DNA of 44,723 nt from a virus. This document shows positions 7,358 to 17,000 of the stretch, one piece after another. Positions within the stretch are counted from its first letter, which is position 1. Each line of letters starts with the position of its first letter. The notes under the pieces are model-generated. The model was not told where the DNA came from. It worked only from the letters and a program-made list of their open reading frames with translations, and searched no databases. The DNA lies in the IMG/VR virus record IMGVR_UViG_3300045988_035831; one strand, 5' to 3'. A program made the position numbers and the translations under genes.

Positions 7358-7429
7358 CGGAATGTGCAGCTAGTGGAAAGCTGATAGGGACGAGTAACCT
7401 AGTCTCCGGTTCGATTCCGGGCGTTCCGC
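7358..7429 (+). tRNA. tRNA-like element with canonical acceptor, D and T arms but an aberrant anticodon arm.
   Basis: Acceptor cggaatg/cgttccg, D arm cagc-tagtggaaa-gctg, T arm tccgg-ttcgatt-ccggg. The anticodon stem is only 4 bp plus a G-A mismatch. The loop ACGAGUA has C33 and U37, and the variable loop is 3 nt. A nominal GAG anticodon is not trustworthy. Confidence 0.4.
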
Positions 7430-7558
7430 TTTGATTTGGTTAGAATTATGCTGTTTGCTTGCAGGCGGTCTATGATTTGGCTGAATCACAACATCATGAT
7501 GCTGTAAAGGTTATGTCTTATCCTGTAGACTAATATTTGGTCCAAAAAGGCACTTCAA

Positions 7559-7642
7559 TGTGGCTTCGCCAAGCGGTAAGGCACCGGACTTTGACTCCGG
7601 GAGAGGAACACTCATTCATTGGTTCGAATTCAATAGCCACAG
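7559..7642 (+). tRNA. tRNA with a UUG (Gln) anticodon on a long-variable-arm (type II-like) scaffold.
   Basis: Acceptor tgtggct/agccaca (7 bp), D arm gcc-aagcggtaa-ggc, anticodon arm ccgga-CUUUGAC-tccgg, a 17-nt variable region, T arm attgg-ttcgaat-tcaat, discriminator G. No CCA is encoded. Confidence 0.65.
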
Positions 7643-7719
7643 TTACCCTGCCAGTGGTCTAACTGGCTTAATCCAATACCTGCGGCGGCAGGTCAATAAA
7701 CACGACCAGGAGGATGTAT

Positions 7720-8352
7720 ATGCAGAAACTTATTGACACATTAAAATCATTTGGAATTGAAATCCCGGAGGACAAACAGGCAGATGTTAAGAAAGCGCTC
7801 TCTGAGCATTACAAAAATGCGAAAGAAGTAGCAAAAACCCTGTCGAAAGTCGAGGGAGAACGTGATGACTGGAAAGAACGTGCTGAGACAGCAGAGGAAA
7901 CTTTAAAAGGTTTCGACGGTATCGACCCGGCGAACATTCAGACAGAGCTTGCTGGATGGAAGAAAAAAGCCGAGAATGCAGAGAGAGAATTCAATGAGAA
8001 AATCTACGACCGTGATTTCTCAGATGCTCTGAAAGCGGCACTCGATGATGTTAAATTTTCCAGTGAAGCTGCTAAGAAGTCAGTTATGGCAGACATTAAA
8101 GAAGCCGGATTGAAGCTGAAAGACGGTAAAATCCTTGGACTGAATGACCTGATTGAACAGATGAAGCAGTCTGACGCATCCGCTTTTGTGGACGAATCTC
8201 AGCAGCAGGCTCAGCAGAATCAGGCAAGATTTACCACTCACGTTGGACAACAGCAGACACCGGGAAGCATGACAAAGAAGGAAATCGAAGCAATCAAAGA
8301 CCCGTCCGAGAGACAGGCTGCAATTGCTCAGAATATCCAGTTATTCCAGTGA
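7720..8352 (+). CDS. Scaffolding protein (GP20-like).
   Basis: ATG 7720 lies 6 nt after AGGAGG (the track ATG 7714 abuts the SD). It is an acidic coiled-coil protein directly upstream of the capsid gene. Confidence 0.85.
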   Translation: MQKLIDTLKSFGIEIPEDKQADVKKALSEHYKNAKEVAKTLSKVEGERDDWKERAETAEETLKGFDGIDPANIQTELAGWKKKAENAEREFNEKIYDRDFSDALKAALDDVKFSSEAAKKSVMADIKEAGLKLKDGKILGLNDLIEQMKQSDASAFVDESQQQAQQNQARFTTHVGQQQTPGSMTKKEIEAIKDPSERQAAIAQNIQLFQ

Positions 8353-8433
8353 TTTTTTTTTACACCGACTATACACCAGAGTGTAGCCGCTAACCTAATA
8401 CCTTAACAATTATGGGTAGAAAGGATTTTTTAT

Positions 8434-9600
8434 ATGGCAGCAAAAGCTAATCTTATTATGACAAATGATATCCAGGTCACAGCACGTGAGATTGATTTTG
8501 TTACCAGATTCGAGAGAAACTGGCAGCACTTACGTGACATTCTGGGAATCATGAGACCTATCAAAAAACAGCCGGGCGCTGTACTCAAGTCTAAGTATGC
8601 AGAAGGTACTTTACAGAGCGGAAATGTTGGCGAGGGTGAAGAAATCCCTTACAGCAAGTTTACCGTAAAAGAAAAGAACTATGCGGAAATGACTATCGAA
8701 AAATACGCGAAGGCTGTATCTATCGAAGCAATCAAGGATCACGGTTATGAGAACGCTGTTCAGATGACTGATGACGAGTTCCTTTTTCAGCTTCAGACTG
8801 ATGTTACCGGCAGATTTTACGACTATCTAAAAACTGGTACACTTACTTCCACAGAAACCACATTCCAGATGGCTCTGGCGATGGCTAAGGGTCGTGTAGA
8901 GAACAAATTCAAACAGATGCACAGAAATGTGACTGGCGTTGTTGGATTTGTCAACATTCTGGACGTATATGAATATCTCGGAGCAGCTGAGATCACTATT
9001 CAGAATCAGTTCGGATTCCAGTATATGAAAGACTTTATGGGATTCAACACCATTTTCTTACTGTCTGACAGCGAAATCCCGAGAGGGCAGGTTATTGCAA
9101 CTCCTGTTGAGAACATCGTTCTGTACTATGTTGACCCGAATGAATCTGACTTTGCAAGAGCAGGTCTGGTGTATACCGTTTCCGGCGAGACAAACCTGAT
9201 CGGATTCCATACACAGGGCAACTACCACACAGCAGTTTCCGAGGCGTTTGCAGTTATGGGACTTACTCTTTTTGCGGAGTACATTGACGCAATCGCAGTA
9301 ATCACCATTGATGAGACACCAGCACTTGGTACTCTGACAGTAAATTCCGTGGCTGGAACAGCGAGTGGTGATACAAAAATCACTGTAAATCCGGCTAAGG
9401 AAAATGCTGGTAATGTGTATAAATACAAAGTTGCGGCAGACGCAGTAACTGTTGGATATGGACAGAACCTCAGAAATTGGACTTCTTGGGACGGAAAAGC
9501 TGACATCAAGGCAGCAACCGGACAGAAGATCACAGTGGTTGAGTGTGATGGAACATATAAAGCACTGAATGCCGGAAGCACAAGCGTAATAGCAAAATGA
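8434..9600 (+). CDS. Major capsid protein with a C-terminal Ig-like extension.
   Basis: 388 aa following the scaffold. The C-terminal ~90 aa (TLTVNSVAGTASGDTKITVNP...KITVVECDGTYKA) look like a Big_2-type domain. Confidence 0.9.
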   Translation: MAAKANLIMTNDIQVTAREIDFVTRFERNWQHLRDILGIMRPIKKQPGAVLKSKYAEGTLQSGNVGEGEEIPYSKFTVKEKNYAEMTIEKYAKAVSIEAIKDHGYENAVQMTDDEFLFQLQTDVTGRFYDYLKTGTLTSTETTFQMALAMAKGRVENKFKQMHRNVTGVVGFVNILDVYEYLGAAEITIQNQFGFQYMKDFMGFNTIFLLSDSEIPRGQVIATPVENIVLYYVDPNESDFARAGLVYTVSGETNLIGFHTQGNYHTAVSEAFAVMGLTLFAEYIDAIAVITIDETPALGTLTVNSVAGTASGDTKITVNPAKENAGNVYKYKVAADAVTVGYGQNLRNWTSWDGKADIKAATGQKITVVECDGTYKALNAGSTSVIAK

Positions 9601-9621
9601 TGAATCTGAGAGGTAACTGGC

Positions 9622-10116
9622 ATGGCTTATGCAGATTATGAATTTTACACAACTTCATATTTCGGTTCAGTCGTGCCAGAAGCCGACTTTCCACGACTGG
9701 CAGAAAAAGCCAGTGATTTTATAGACACGATGACATTTGACAGGTTGGTGGACGGACTGCCGGAAAGCGAACGCTCACAGAAGCGTATCAAAAAGGCAGT
9801 CTGTTCATTGGCTGAATTAATGTATCAGATTGAACTTGCTGAAAAGAATGCAATCAATCAGGCGTCAGCAAATGTGACCGACATAAATGTCGGGAACATC
9901 TCAACAAGCATTGTAACATCTGTATCATCCGGCAGTGAATCCATCTCTTACGCAACGCCTCAGCAGATTGGAGCAAGTGCAAAAGAATGGAGTGCGGTGT
10001 ATGCCGCCGCCGGAGATGTACAGAAAACGAACGACTTGCTTCTTAAGACAGCGTTACCGCTTCTGATGGGAGTAAGGACGGATGATGGAATACCAGTATT
10101 GTATGCAGGAGTGTAA
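9622..10116 (+). CDS. Head-tail connector/adaptor protein.
   Basis: Synteny after the MCP. The N-terminus YADYEFYTTSYFGSVVPEADFPRLAEKASDFIDTMTFDRL is typical of gp6/gp15-type adaptors. Confidence 0.7.
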   Translation: MAYADYEFYTTSYFGSVVPEADFPRLAEKASDFIDTMTFDRLVDGLPESERSQKRIKKAVCSLAELMYQIELAEKNAINQASANVTDINVGNISTSIVTSVSSGSESISYATPQQIGASAKEWSAVYAAAGDVQKTNDLLLKTALPLLMGVRTDDGIPVLYAGV

Positions 10117-10121
10117 TTGAG

Positions 10122-10295
10122 ATGAATAAAGTAATGTGTTTTTTGACTGGCGGGCATAAATTCAAAAGTCCTGCTGAATCAAAATGTAATGACAAAGAAA
10201 AGACTTGTACCATTACGGAAACTTGCTGTAAATGCGGGAAACAGTTTTCATTTACAGGTACATACAAACAGTTTGGTATTCCAGATGTGAGGTGA
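10122..10295 (+). CDS. Cys-rich miniprotein, 57 aa, below the track cutoff.
   Basis: Manual translation: MNKVMCFLTGGHKFKSPAESKCNDKEKTCTITETCCKCGKQFSFTGTYKQFGIPDVR. AGGAG lies 10 nt upstream, and the ORF fills the gap between annotated genes. Confidence 0.5.
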   Translation: MNKVMCFLTGGHKFKSPAESKCNDKEKTCTITETCCKCGKQFSFTGTYKQFGIPDVR

Positions 10296-10300
10296 AAATA

Positions 10301-10615
10301 ATGAAGAAGTTATTTATTTCTCAGCCCATGAGGGGCAAGACAGATGAGGAAATTCTTGCAGTAAGAGAAAAAGCAATTAAGAGTGCGGAGAAACAGGTCG
10401 GCGAGCCTGTAGAAGTAATTGATTCTTTCTTCCAGTCAGCACCAGTGGACGCAAAGCCACTCTGGTATCTGGGTGAATCCCTCAAGCTTCTGGCAGAAGC
10501 TGACGTGGCGTTTTTCGCTAAAGGATGGGACGAAGCCAGAGGATGCAAGATTGAGAATACTTGTGCTATCGAATATGGCATTGAGACCATTATCGAAGAT
10601 TATACGGAGGGTTAA
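10301..10615 (+). CDS. DUF4406-like protein (nucleoside 2-deoxyribosyltransferase fold).
   Basis: ATG 10301 follows GAGGTGA. MKKLFISQPMRGKT...EADVAFFAKGWDEARGCKIENTCAIEYGI matches the ISGPMTG...GWExSxGAxxE pattern of that family (from memory). Confidence 0.65.
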   Translation: MKKLFISQPMRGKTDEEILAVREKAIKSAEKQVGEPVEVIDSFFQSAPVDAKPLWYLGESLKLLAEADVAFFAKGWDEARGCKIENTCAIEYGIETIIEDYTEG

Positions 10616-10617
10616 AG

Positions 10618-10953
10618 ATGGAGGCATTATTTACAAATGTAACTCTGATTCTGGCAGTAATCAGCGTTCTGGCGTTTTGCGTATCTGTGATTACACAGGT
10701 GATTAAAAACGTTGGATTCTTGTCTAAAATTCCGACAGATGCCTTGGTGTTTGTACTGTCCATTGGAATTACTGTAGCCGCTTTTGTAGCGTATATGCAG
10801 TATATCCACGTGACAATATTGTGGTATATGATTTTAGCAGCTATCATGGCAGGATTTATTGTGGCATTTATTTCGATGTTCGGATGGGAGAAGATTACGG
10901 AATTGTGGAAACGAACGTCCAAGGTTGACGTGGATAAGCTGAAAAATAAATGA
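10618..10953 (+). CDS. Three-TM holin-like protein (A118 Hol118 type).
   Basis: Three hydrophobic helices and a K-rich C-terminal tail. TQVIKNVGFLSKIPTDALVFVLSIG resembles the QAIKKTELVPSKWLP region of Hol118. Confidence 0.6.
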   Translation: MEALFTNVTLILAVISVLAFCVSVITQVIKNVGFLSKIPTDALVFVLSIGITVAAFVAYMQYIHVTILWYMILAAIMAGFIVAFISMFGWEKITELWKRTSKVDVDKLKNK

Positions 10954-10969
10954 TTAAGGAGAGGGTATC

Positions 10970-11431
10970 ATGTATTCATCTAAAATTACACTTTTCAACT
11001 ATTACGAAAGTGCCACAACAGGAGATGCGTACTGGTATCCTCATGTTTTATCCGGCGTTGACCTCATTACAGACAAGGGAGCAATCCTTAAAAAGTACGG
11101 ACCAGACGCAACTGACAACGCACAGTTGCACGTTCGATACACTGTCCAGAACGGCGATATAGCCATTACTGACAGGGATGGTAAAATTCTCCCATGGGTA
11201 CCACCTAAGGAGTGGAAAAGGCAGATTAACAACGCTCTGGAAGACACTATCACATTCTCGGACGAATCGTTTTTCTGGGAAGGCGAGTGGACTAGCGGAA
11301 CGGTATCTGATGGTGATTATCGGAATGGATTCTACCAGTACATGAACGAGAACAGGGATAATGTGTTTAAGATTACCAGTGTTGGCGGTCCGTACGCACT
11401 GATTCCACATTTTGAAATTCTGGGTAAGTAA
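10970..11431 (+). CDS. Head-tail joining / head-closure protein (first of the 'minor capsid' trio).
   Basis: Synteny. ITLFNYY...YWYPHVLSGVDL...IPHFEILGK is typical of Firmicutes siphophage head-closure proteins. Confidence 0.7.
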   Translation: MYSSKITLFNYYESATTGDAYWYPHVLSGVDLITDKGAILKKYGPDATDNAQLHVRYTVQNGDIAITDRDGKILPWVPPKEWKRQINNALEDTITFSDESFFWEGEWTSGTVSDGDYRNGFYQYMNENRDNVFKITSVGGPYALIPHFEILGK

Positions 11432-11432
11432 T

Positions 11433-11924
11433 ATGAGTAAGATTCATCATTTCAAAGGTTTCTCTGTAGTCGACGGAGATATGAAAATAAAGCTGAATAT
11501 GAATAGATTCTCCAGGCAATACCAAGAAGCCCAATATCTCCTTGATGGAATGGTTATGGACAGTATGGTTCCGTTTATGCCGATGATTACTGGAAATTTC
11601 ATCAACCGGACAAGAATCGAAAGCACATCATTGCAAGGAACTGGACTTGTGTGCGCTGCGGCTGCTCCTTATGGACGTTTTTTGTATGAGGGAAAAGGAA
11701 TGGTTGATGAGTTGACCGGAAGCCCTTATGCAAGACGTGGAGCAAAGAAAGTCCTTGTCAGCCAGTTCTCTGGTAAGACAGCCGCAAATGAAAATCTTGA
11801 ATACACCAAACAAGCTCACCCACGGGCACAGGCAAAGTGGTTTGATGCCGCTAAACGACAATACGGCAGCACATGGATTCGCAAAGTAAAAGCACAGGCA
11901 GGAGGTGGCAGACATGGCGGATAA
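11433..11924 (+). CDS. Head-tail joining protein (gp10-like 'minor capsid protein').
   Basis: ATG 11433 lies directly after the upstream stop. MVPFMPMITGNFINRT...APYGRFLYEG...AQAKWFDAAKRQYG. Confidence 0.7.
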   Translation: MSKIHHFKGFSVVDGDMKIKLNMNRFSRQYQEAQYLLDGMVMDSMVPFMPMITGNFINRTRIESTSLQGTGLVCAAAAPYGRFLYEGKGMVDELTGSPYARRGAKKVLVSQFSGKTAANENLEYTKQAHPRAQAKWFDAAKRQYGSTWIRKVKAQAGGGRHGG

Positions 11925-12414
11925 GCCTATCGGTAAAGACGCAACTGGATACGAGATTCTGACAGATGCTATGAAAGCACTTCTGAACCAGTATCCGGGA
12001 CTGTACGAAAATAAAACAATCAAATTCGAGGAACTTGGTAAGGAATCAGGAATTGCGTTCTCGGCAGACAACGGGGCGTTGATCTATTCAGAAAAAGAAG
12101 ACGTTTGTGGTGTGATGCACCAGATATGCCAGTATCCATTTTACGTGGTATACCGAACAGCATCCGACAAGGAACGACAGAAGCTATCTGTTCAGAAGTT
12201 CCTTGACAATCTCGGTAAATGGATATGTCGAGAACCAGTTGTCATAAATGGCTCTGAGACACGCTTAAATGCGTTTCCTGAACTTTCGCAGGGACGAGTG
12301 ATAAAACGTATCACCCGTGACAACTCCTATGGTTTAGAACCGCAGGAGAGTGGAGTACAGGATTGGCTATTGCCATTATCAGTGCGCTATGAAAACGCTT
12401 ATGAAGTAATATAA
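11914..12414 (+). CDS. Tail terminator/completion-like protein.
   Basis: ATG 11914 lies 8 nt after GGAGG. Position is immediately upstream of the major tail gene. Confidence 0.7.
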   Translation: MADKPIGKDATGYEILTDAMKALLNQYPGLYENKTIKFEELGKESGIAFSADNGALIYSEKEDVCGVMHQICQYPFYVVYRTASDKERQKLSVQKFLDNLGKWICREPVVINGSETRLNAFPELSQGRVIKRITRDNSYGLEPQESGVQDWLLPLSVRYENAYEVI

Positions 12415-12495
12415 CAAGTAACAACCGGCTATCAATTGGAGATAGTTGCTAACCTACACAGCCTTTTAAAAGTTATAGGCAGAAAGGACATTTCT

Positions 12496-12996
12496 ATGGC
12501 AGTTACAGGCAAGATTGACCGTAAATATATGGCTCATTATATTGATGCAGGTTCCCTCTGTGGAGGACTGACACCGAAATATGAGCGTCTTGGCAAGGAT
12601 CTGGAAGAGTACAATGTAGAACTCAATCCAGATACTGAAACATCTAAAAACATTCTTGGAGAATCCACATTCAAGCATAACGGCTACGAAGTTTCTTCTG
12701 ACGCTGATCCGTTCTATGCAGACACTACTTCTGATCTGTTTGGAGCATTACAGAAGATCGTAGACAACAGATACAAAGACGACAACCTCAAGACAAAAGC
12801 AGTCGAGGTTCACCTTTGGACAGAAGCTACGGCAGGCAAATACGAAGCATATCAGCAGGAATGTTACGTTGTGCCGACATCCTACGGCGGCAATACATCC
12901 GGCTATCAGATTCCATTTACCGTCAACTATACTGGCGAACGTGTCAAAGGAAAATTTGATATCAGTTCCGGTACATTCACAGCCGACAGCGAATAA
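12496..12996 (+). CDS. Major tail protein.
   Basis: ATG 12496 (AAAGGA SD). MAVTGKIDRKYMAHYIDAG...YERLGKDLEEYNVELNPDTETSKNILGE. Synteny upstream of the chaperones and tape measure gene. Confidence 0.8.
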   Translation: MAVTGKIDRKYMAHYIDAGSLCGGLTPKYERLGKDLEEYNVELNPDTETSKNILGESTFKHNGYEVSSDADPFYADTTSDLFGALQKIVDNRYKDDNLKTKAVEVHLWTEATAGKYEAYQQECYVVPTSYGGNTSGYQIPFTVNYTGERVKGKFDISSGTFTADSE

Positions 12997-13022
12997 GCAC
13001 ATATACAAGGAGGATACGCCAA

Positions 13023-13448
13023 ATGGCAAAAGTAATTAACACCAAAATTGATGATGGAATTCTCATTTTTACATTTACCAATAACGAAGACGAGGTTTTT
13101 TCTTCTTTCAAGCTTAATCCAACGGACATTAATGTAGCAGCACGTGCAGAGGAACTGACAGAATACTTTGAACAGCTCAAAGATTCTATTCAGAAAGTTA
13201 CTTCCGGCAAGGAAATGGCGGAGCTGAACAGACAGATCGAAGACAAAATCAACTATCTGCTCGGATATGAAGCATCAAAAGACCTGTTTAAGGAGCCGAT
13301 CACAGCAACTACTGTATTCGGCAATGGTCAGGTATTCGCTTATATCGTACTTGATAAGATTGCAGAAGCAATCGCGCCAGAAATCGAAAAGAGAAAAAAG
13401 AAAATGCAGGCAGCAGTCAATAAGTATACGGAGAAGTATACAAAATGA
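13023..13448 (+). CDS. Tail assembly chaperone.
   Basis: Acidic 141-aa protein between the major tail protein and the tape measure gene. Confidence 0.7.
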   Translation: MAKVINTKIDDGILIFTFTNNEDEVFSSFKLNPTDINVAARAEELTEYFEQLKDSIQKVTSGKEMAELNRQIEDKINYLLGYEASKDLFKEPITATTVFGNGQVFAYIVLDKIAEAIAPEIEKRKKKMQAAVNKYTEKYTK

Positions 13449-14017
13449 CCGCCTATGAGCTTCCCACCTCACTAAACATAAGTGGGGTGGATTTTTCTAT
13501 TAGAACGGATTTTCGCGCGATTATAGATATTCTGATTGCCATGAATGACCCGGAGTTGGATGAACAGGCAAAAGCAGTCGTTATGTTACAGATTCTGTTC
13601 GAGGACTGGCAGAGTATACCGGCTGAGTGCCTGGATGAAGCTTGTCAGAAAGCATCGGAGTTTATCGACTGCGGACAGTCGGACGATAATCCGAACCACC
13701 CAAAGCCCCGTTTGATGGACTGGGAACAGGATGGAGATATGATCGTTCCGGCTGTGAACAAAGTTGCCGGTAAAGAAATCAGAGCCGTTCCATACATGCA
13801 CTGGTGGACGTTCTTCGGATATTTTATGGAGTCTGGCGAGTGTCTGTTCAACACGGTTGTTGGAATCCGGTCAAAAAAGGCAAAAGGTGAACGCCTGGAT
13901 AAATGGGAAAAGAAATTCTATCAGGAAAACAAGAATATTATTGACATAAAAACACGTCTCAGCGAAGAAGAGCAAGCGTATAAAGATGCGCTGAATGAGA
14001 TGTTGAACCTCAAATAA
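13445..14017 (+). CDS. Gp15-like tail assembly protein.
   Basis: ATGA overlap with the upstream gene. LPTSLNISGVDFSIRTDFRAIIDILIAMNDPELD resembles the A118 Gp15 family. No obvious slippery heptamer was seen. Confidence 0.65.
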   Translation: MTAYELPTSLNISGVDFSIRTDFRAIIDILIAMNDPELDEQAKAVVMLQILFEDWQSIPAECLDEACQKASEFIDCGQSDDNPNHPKPRLMDWEQDGDMIVPAVNKVAGKEIRAVPYMHWWTFFGYFMESGECLFNTVVGIRSKKAKGERLDKWEKKFYQENKNIIDIKTRLSEEEQAYKDALNEMLNLK

Positions 14018-14032
14018 TTAGGAGGTGAACGC

Positions 14033-17000
14033 ATGGCTGCTGATGGCTCAGTCATTATTGATACCAGGATGGACACGTCAGGTGTTCAAAAAGGCGTATC
14101 AGCTATAAAACAGTCATTTAACGGCCTTGGGAGTGCTGTAAAAAAAATCGGTCTGCTAATTGGCGGAGCTTTTGCTGTCGGTAAATTGGTACAGTTTGGC
14201 AAAGAGTGCGTGGAACTTGGCTCTGATCTGGCAGAAGTACAGAACGTGGTCGATGTTACATTTACAACCATGTCTGACAAGGTAAATGAATTTGCGAAGA
14301 ATGCCATGACATCTGCCGGCCTGTCAGAAACGATGGCAAAACGGTATGTCGGCACGTTCGGAGCAATGTCCAAGTCGTTCGGATTCTCGGAACAGCAGGC
14401 TTACGATATGTCAACGGCTCTGACACAGCTGACTGGTGATGTGGCATCATTCTATAACATCAGTCAGGACTTGGCTTACATCAAGCTGAAATCAGTGTTT
14501 ACAGGTGAGACCGAGACATTGAAAGATCTCGGCGTGGTAATGACCCAGACTGCTCTCGACCAGTATGCGCTTGCAAACGGCTATGGCAAAACCACGTCTG
14601 AAATGACTGAACAGGAGAAAGTTGCTCTCCGCCTGGCTTTTGTACAGAAACAGTTATCGGCTGCATCTGGAGACTTCATTCGTACTTCTGGTAGCTGGGC
14701 GAATCAGGTAAGAGTTATGCAGTTGCAGTTGCAGTCTCTCAAGGCAACAGTCGGACAGGGGCTGATTAATATTTTCACACCTATTCTGAAAGTTATTAAT
14801 ATCTTGCTAGGTAAACTGGCAACTCTGGCGAATGCTTTCAAAAGTTTCACGGAGCTTATTACTGGAAAGAAATCATCAGGCCAGACAAGCGGAAGCGGCG
14901 CAGGTCTCACAGGCGATGCAAGTGGCGTGCAGGATACGGCAGATGCTTACGGAGAAGCGGCAGATAACGCTAGTAAGTTAGCGGATTCTACGGAAGATGT
15001 TGCCGATGCCACAAAAGATGCGGCGAAAGCGGCGAATGGATATCTTAATCCGCTCGATGAGATTAGCAGATATTCTTCTCAGACTGCAACTTCTACTTCC
15101 TCTCCATCTGCCGGAAAAGGAACTGGAGAAACATCCGGCGGCCTTGGTGGAACCGTTGGGAATGTAGACTATGGAAATCTGGCAAAAGGTGAAGATACTC
15201 TCTCAAAAATGAGTCCGGTTCTTGATGGAATCGTTAAGCGTTTTAAAGAACTTGCAGACCTTTTCAAAAAAGGCTTCTGGGAGGGCCTTGGCGATTATAA
15301 GCCTATGCTGAAAGATCTTAAAAAGAACATAAATTCGATAAAAAAGTCTTTAAAGAACATATTCACTGATCCGGCTGTTTTAAATGCATCAAGCAAGTTT
15401 GCTGATTCGTTAGCATTGAATTTGGGAAAAATAACCGGTTCTATAGCAAGAATTGGGCTGACTATAGCGCAGAACCTTGTCGGTGGAATAGCAAAATACT
15501 TATCTCAAAATACGGACAGGATAAAAAAATATATCGTTGATATGTTTAACATCGGAACGGATATCTCAGATATCATCGGAAACTTTTCAGTTGCTTTTGC
15601 AGATGTTTTTTCTGTTTTTGGAGGAGAGACGGCGCAACAGCTGACAGCTGACATTATCGGAATTTTCGCTGAGATTGAAATGACCGCTACAGAGCTTTGT
15701 GCTAAGTTAGGCCGGGATATGCTGAACATGATTGCAAAACCGTTCATCGATAACAAAGATCTCTTGAAAAGTGCTATCGAAGGATCACTGAAAGTCATTG
15801 AAACCGTAACAAGCGGCATCCTTTCAACGATACAGACGCTTGGCGATCTGATACAGAAACTCTATGACGAGCATTTAAAACCGTTTTTTGACTCAATTGC
15901 AAACGGAATCTCAAGCATATCAAAAACAACGCTGACTGTATATAACACATACATTCTTCCGGTTTTACAAGGATTAGCGGACAAGCTGAAAGGCTTAATG
16001 ACAGGTACACTCGGCGAAACGCTTGCAAAAATTGAAACATTCTTGGGGAAAATTATTGATGTTCTTAAACTCCTCTGGGAAAACATATTAGTACCGCTTA
16101 TAAACTGGATTATAGCAAATGTCGTTCCGGTACTTGCTAAGATTGCAGATATGATAGGCACAAAAGTCATAAACATCGTAAAAACGCTCATAAAAGTGAT
16201 CGGCGACATAGTTGACGTGTTGAGCGGAGTAATTGACTTTATAGTCGGCGTATATACGGGAGATTGGGAAAAAGCATGGAACGGTGTAAAAGGCATCGCA
16301 GAAGGAGCCTGGAACCTGATTAAGGACATCATTCTTGGTGTTTGGGAAACTATCAAATCAGAGACACAGGGTGCGTTAGACATTGTAAAAGGTGTTATCG
16401 AACTTGTATTTAATGCAATTAAGTCAATAGTGTTTACAGCTTGGGACTACATCAAAACTTGCACTACAAACGCTCTGAGTGCATTAAAAACTACGGTATC
16501 AACTGGATTTAATGCGATTAAATCTAAAATTTCAAAAACATGGAGCAGTGTAAAAACTAAAACAGCTCGAATCTGGGATAGTATATCTACGGTTCTTTTT
16601 GGAAAATTGGAAAAAATAAAAAGTGCTATAGTTGATAAATTTACGTCGGCAAGGGATACCGTTGTATCCGTTTTTGAAGGAATAAAAGATACTATTAAAA
16701 GCACACTTAACAGTGTAATTGAGATCGTTAATGGAGCAATCGGAACTGTAAACAGTGCCATTGGTGGAATTGAATCGGCATTTTCATTTGGACCGTGGAA
16801 AGTGCCGACTCCGTTTGGCTCAAAGACCATAGGGTTCAGTGCACACTTTCCACGAGTACCGACAGTTCCGTACTTAGCAAAAGGGGCAGTCATTCCACCG
16901 AGATCAGAGTTCCTTGCAGTCTTGGGCGATCAGAAGCAGGGCAACAACATCGAAACACCGGAAGCTTTGCTTAGAAAAATCGTCCGTGAAGAAACAGCAG

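Noticed and set aside
13023-14017. Looked for the canonical G/GT -1 frameshift in the tail chaperone genes.
   Set aside because: The two ORFs simply overlap by ATGA and I found no slippery heptamer. They are reported as two separate genes.
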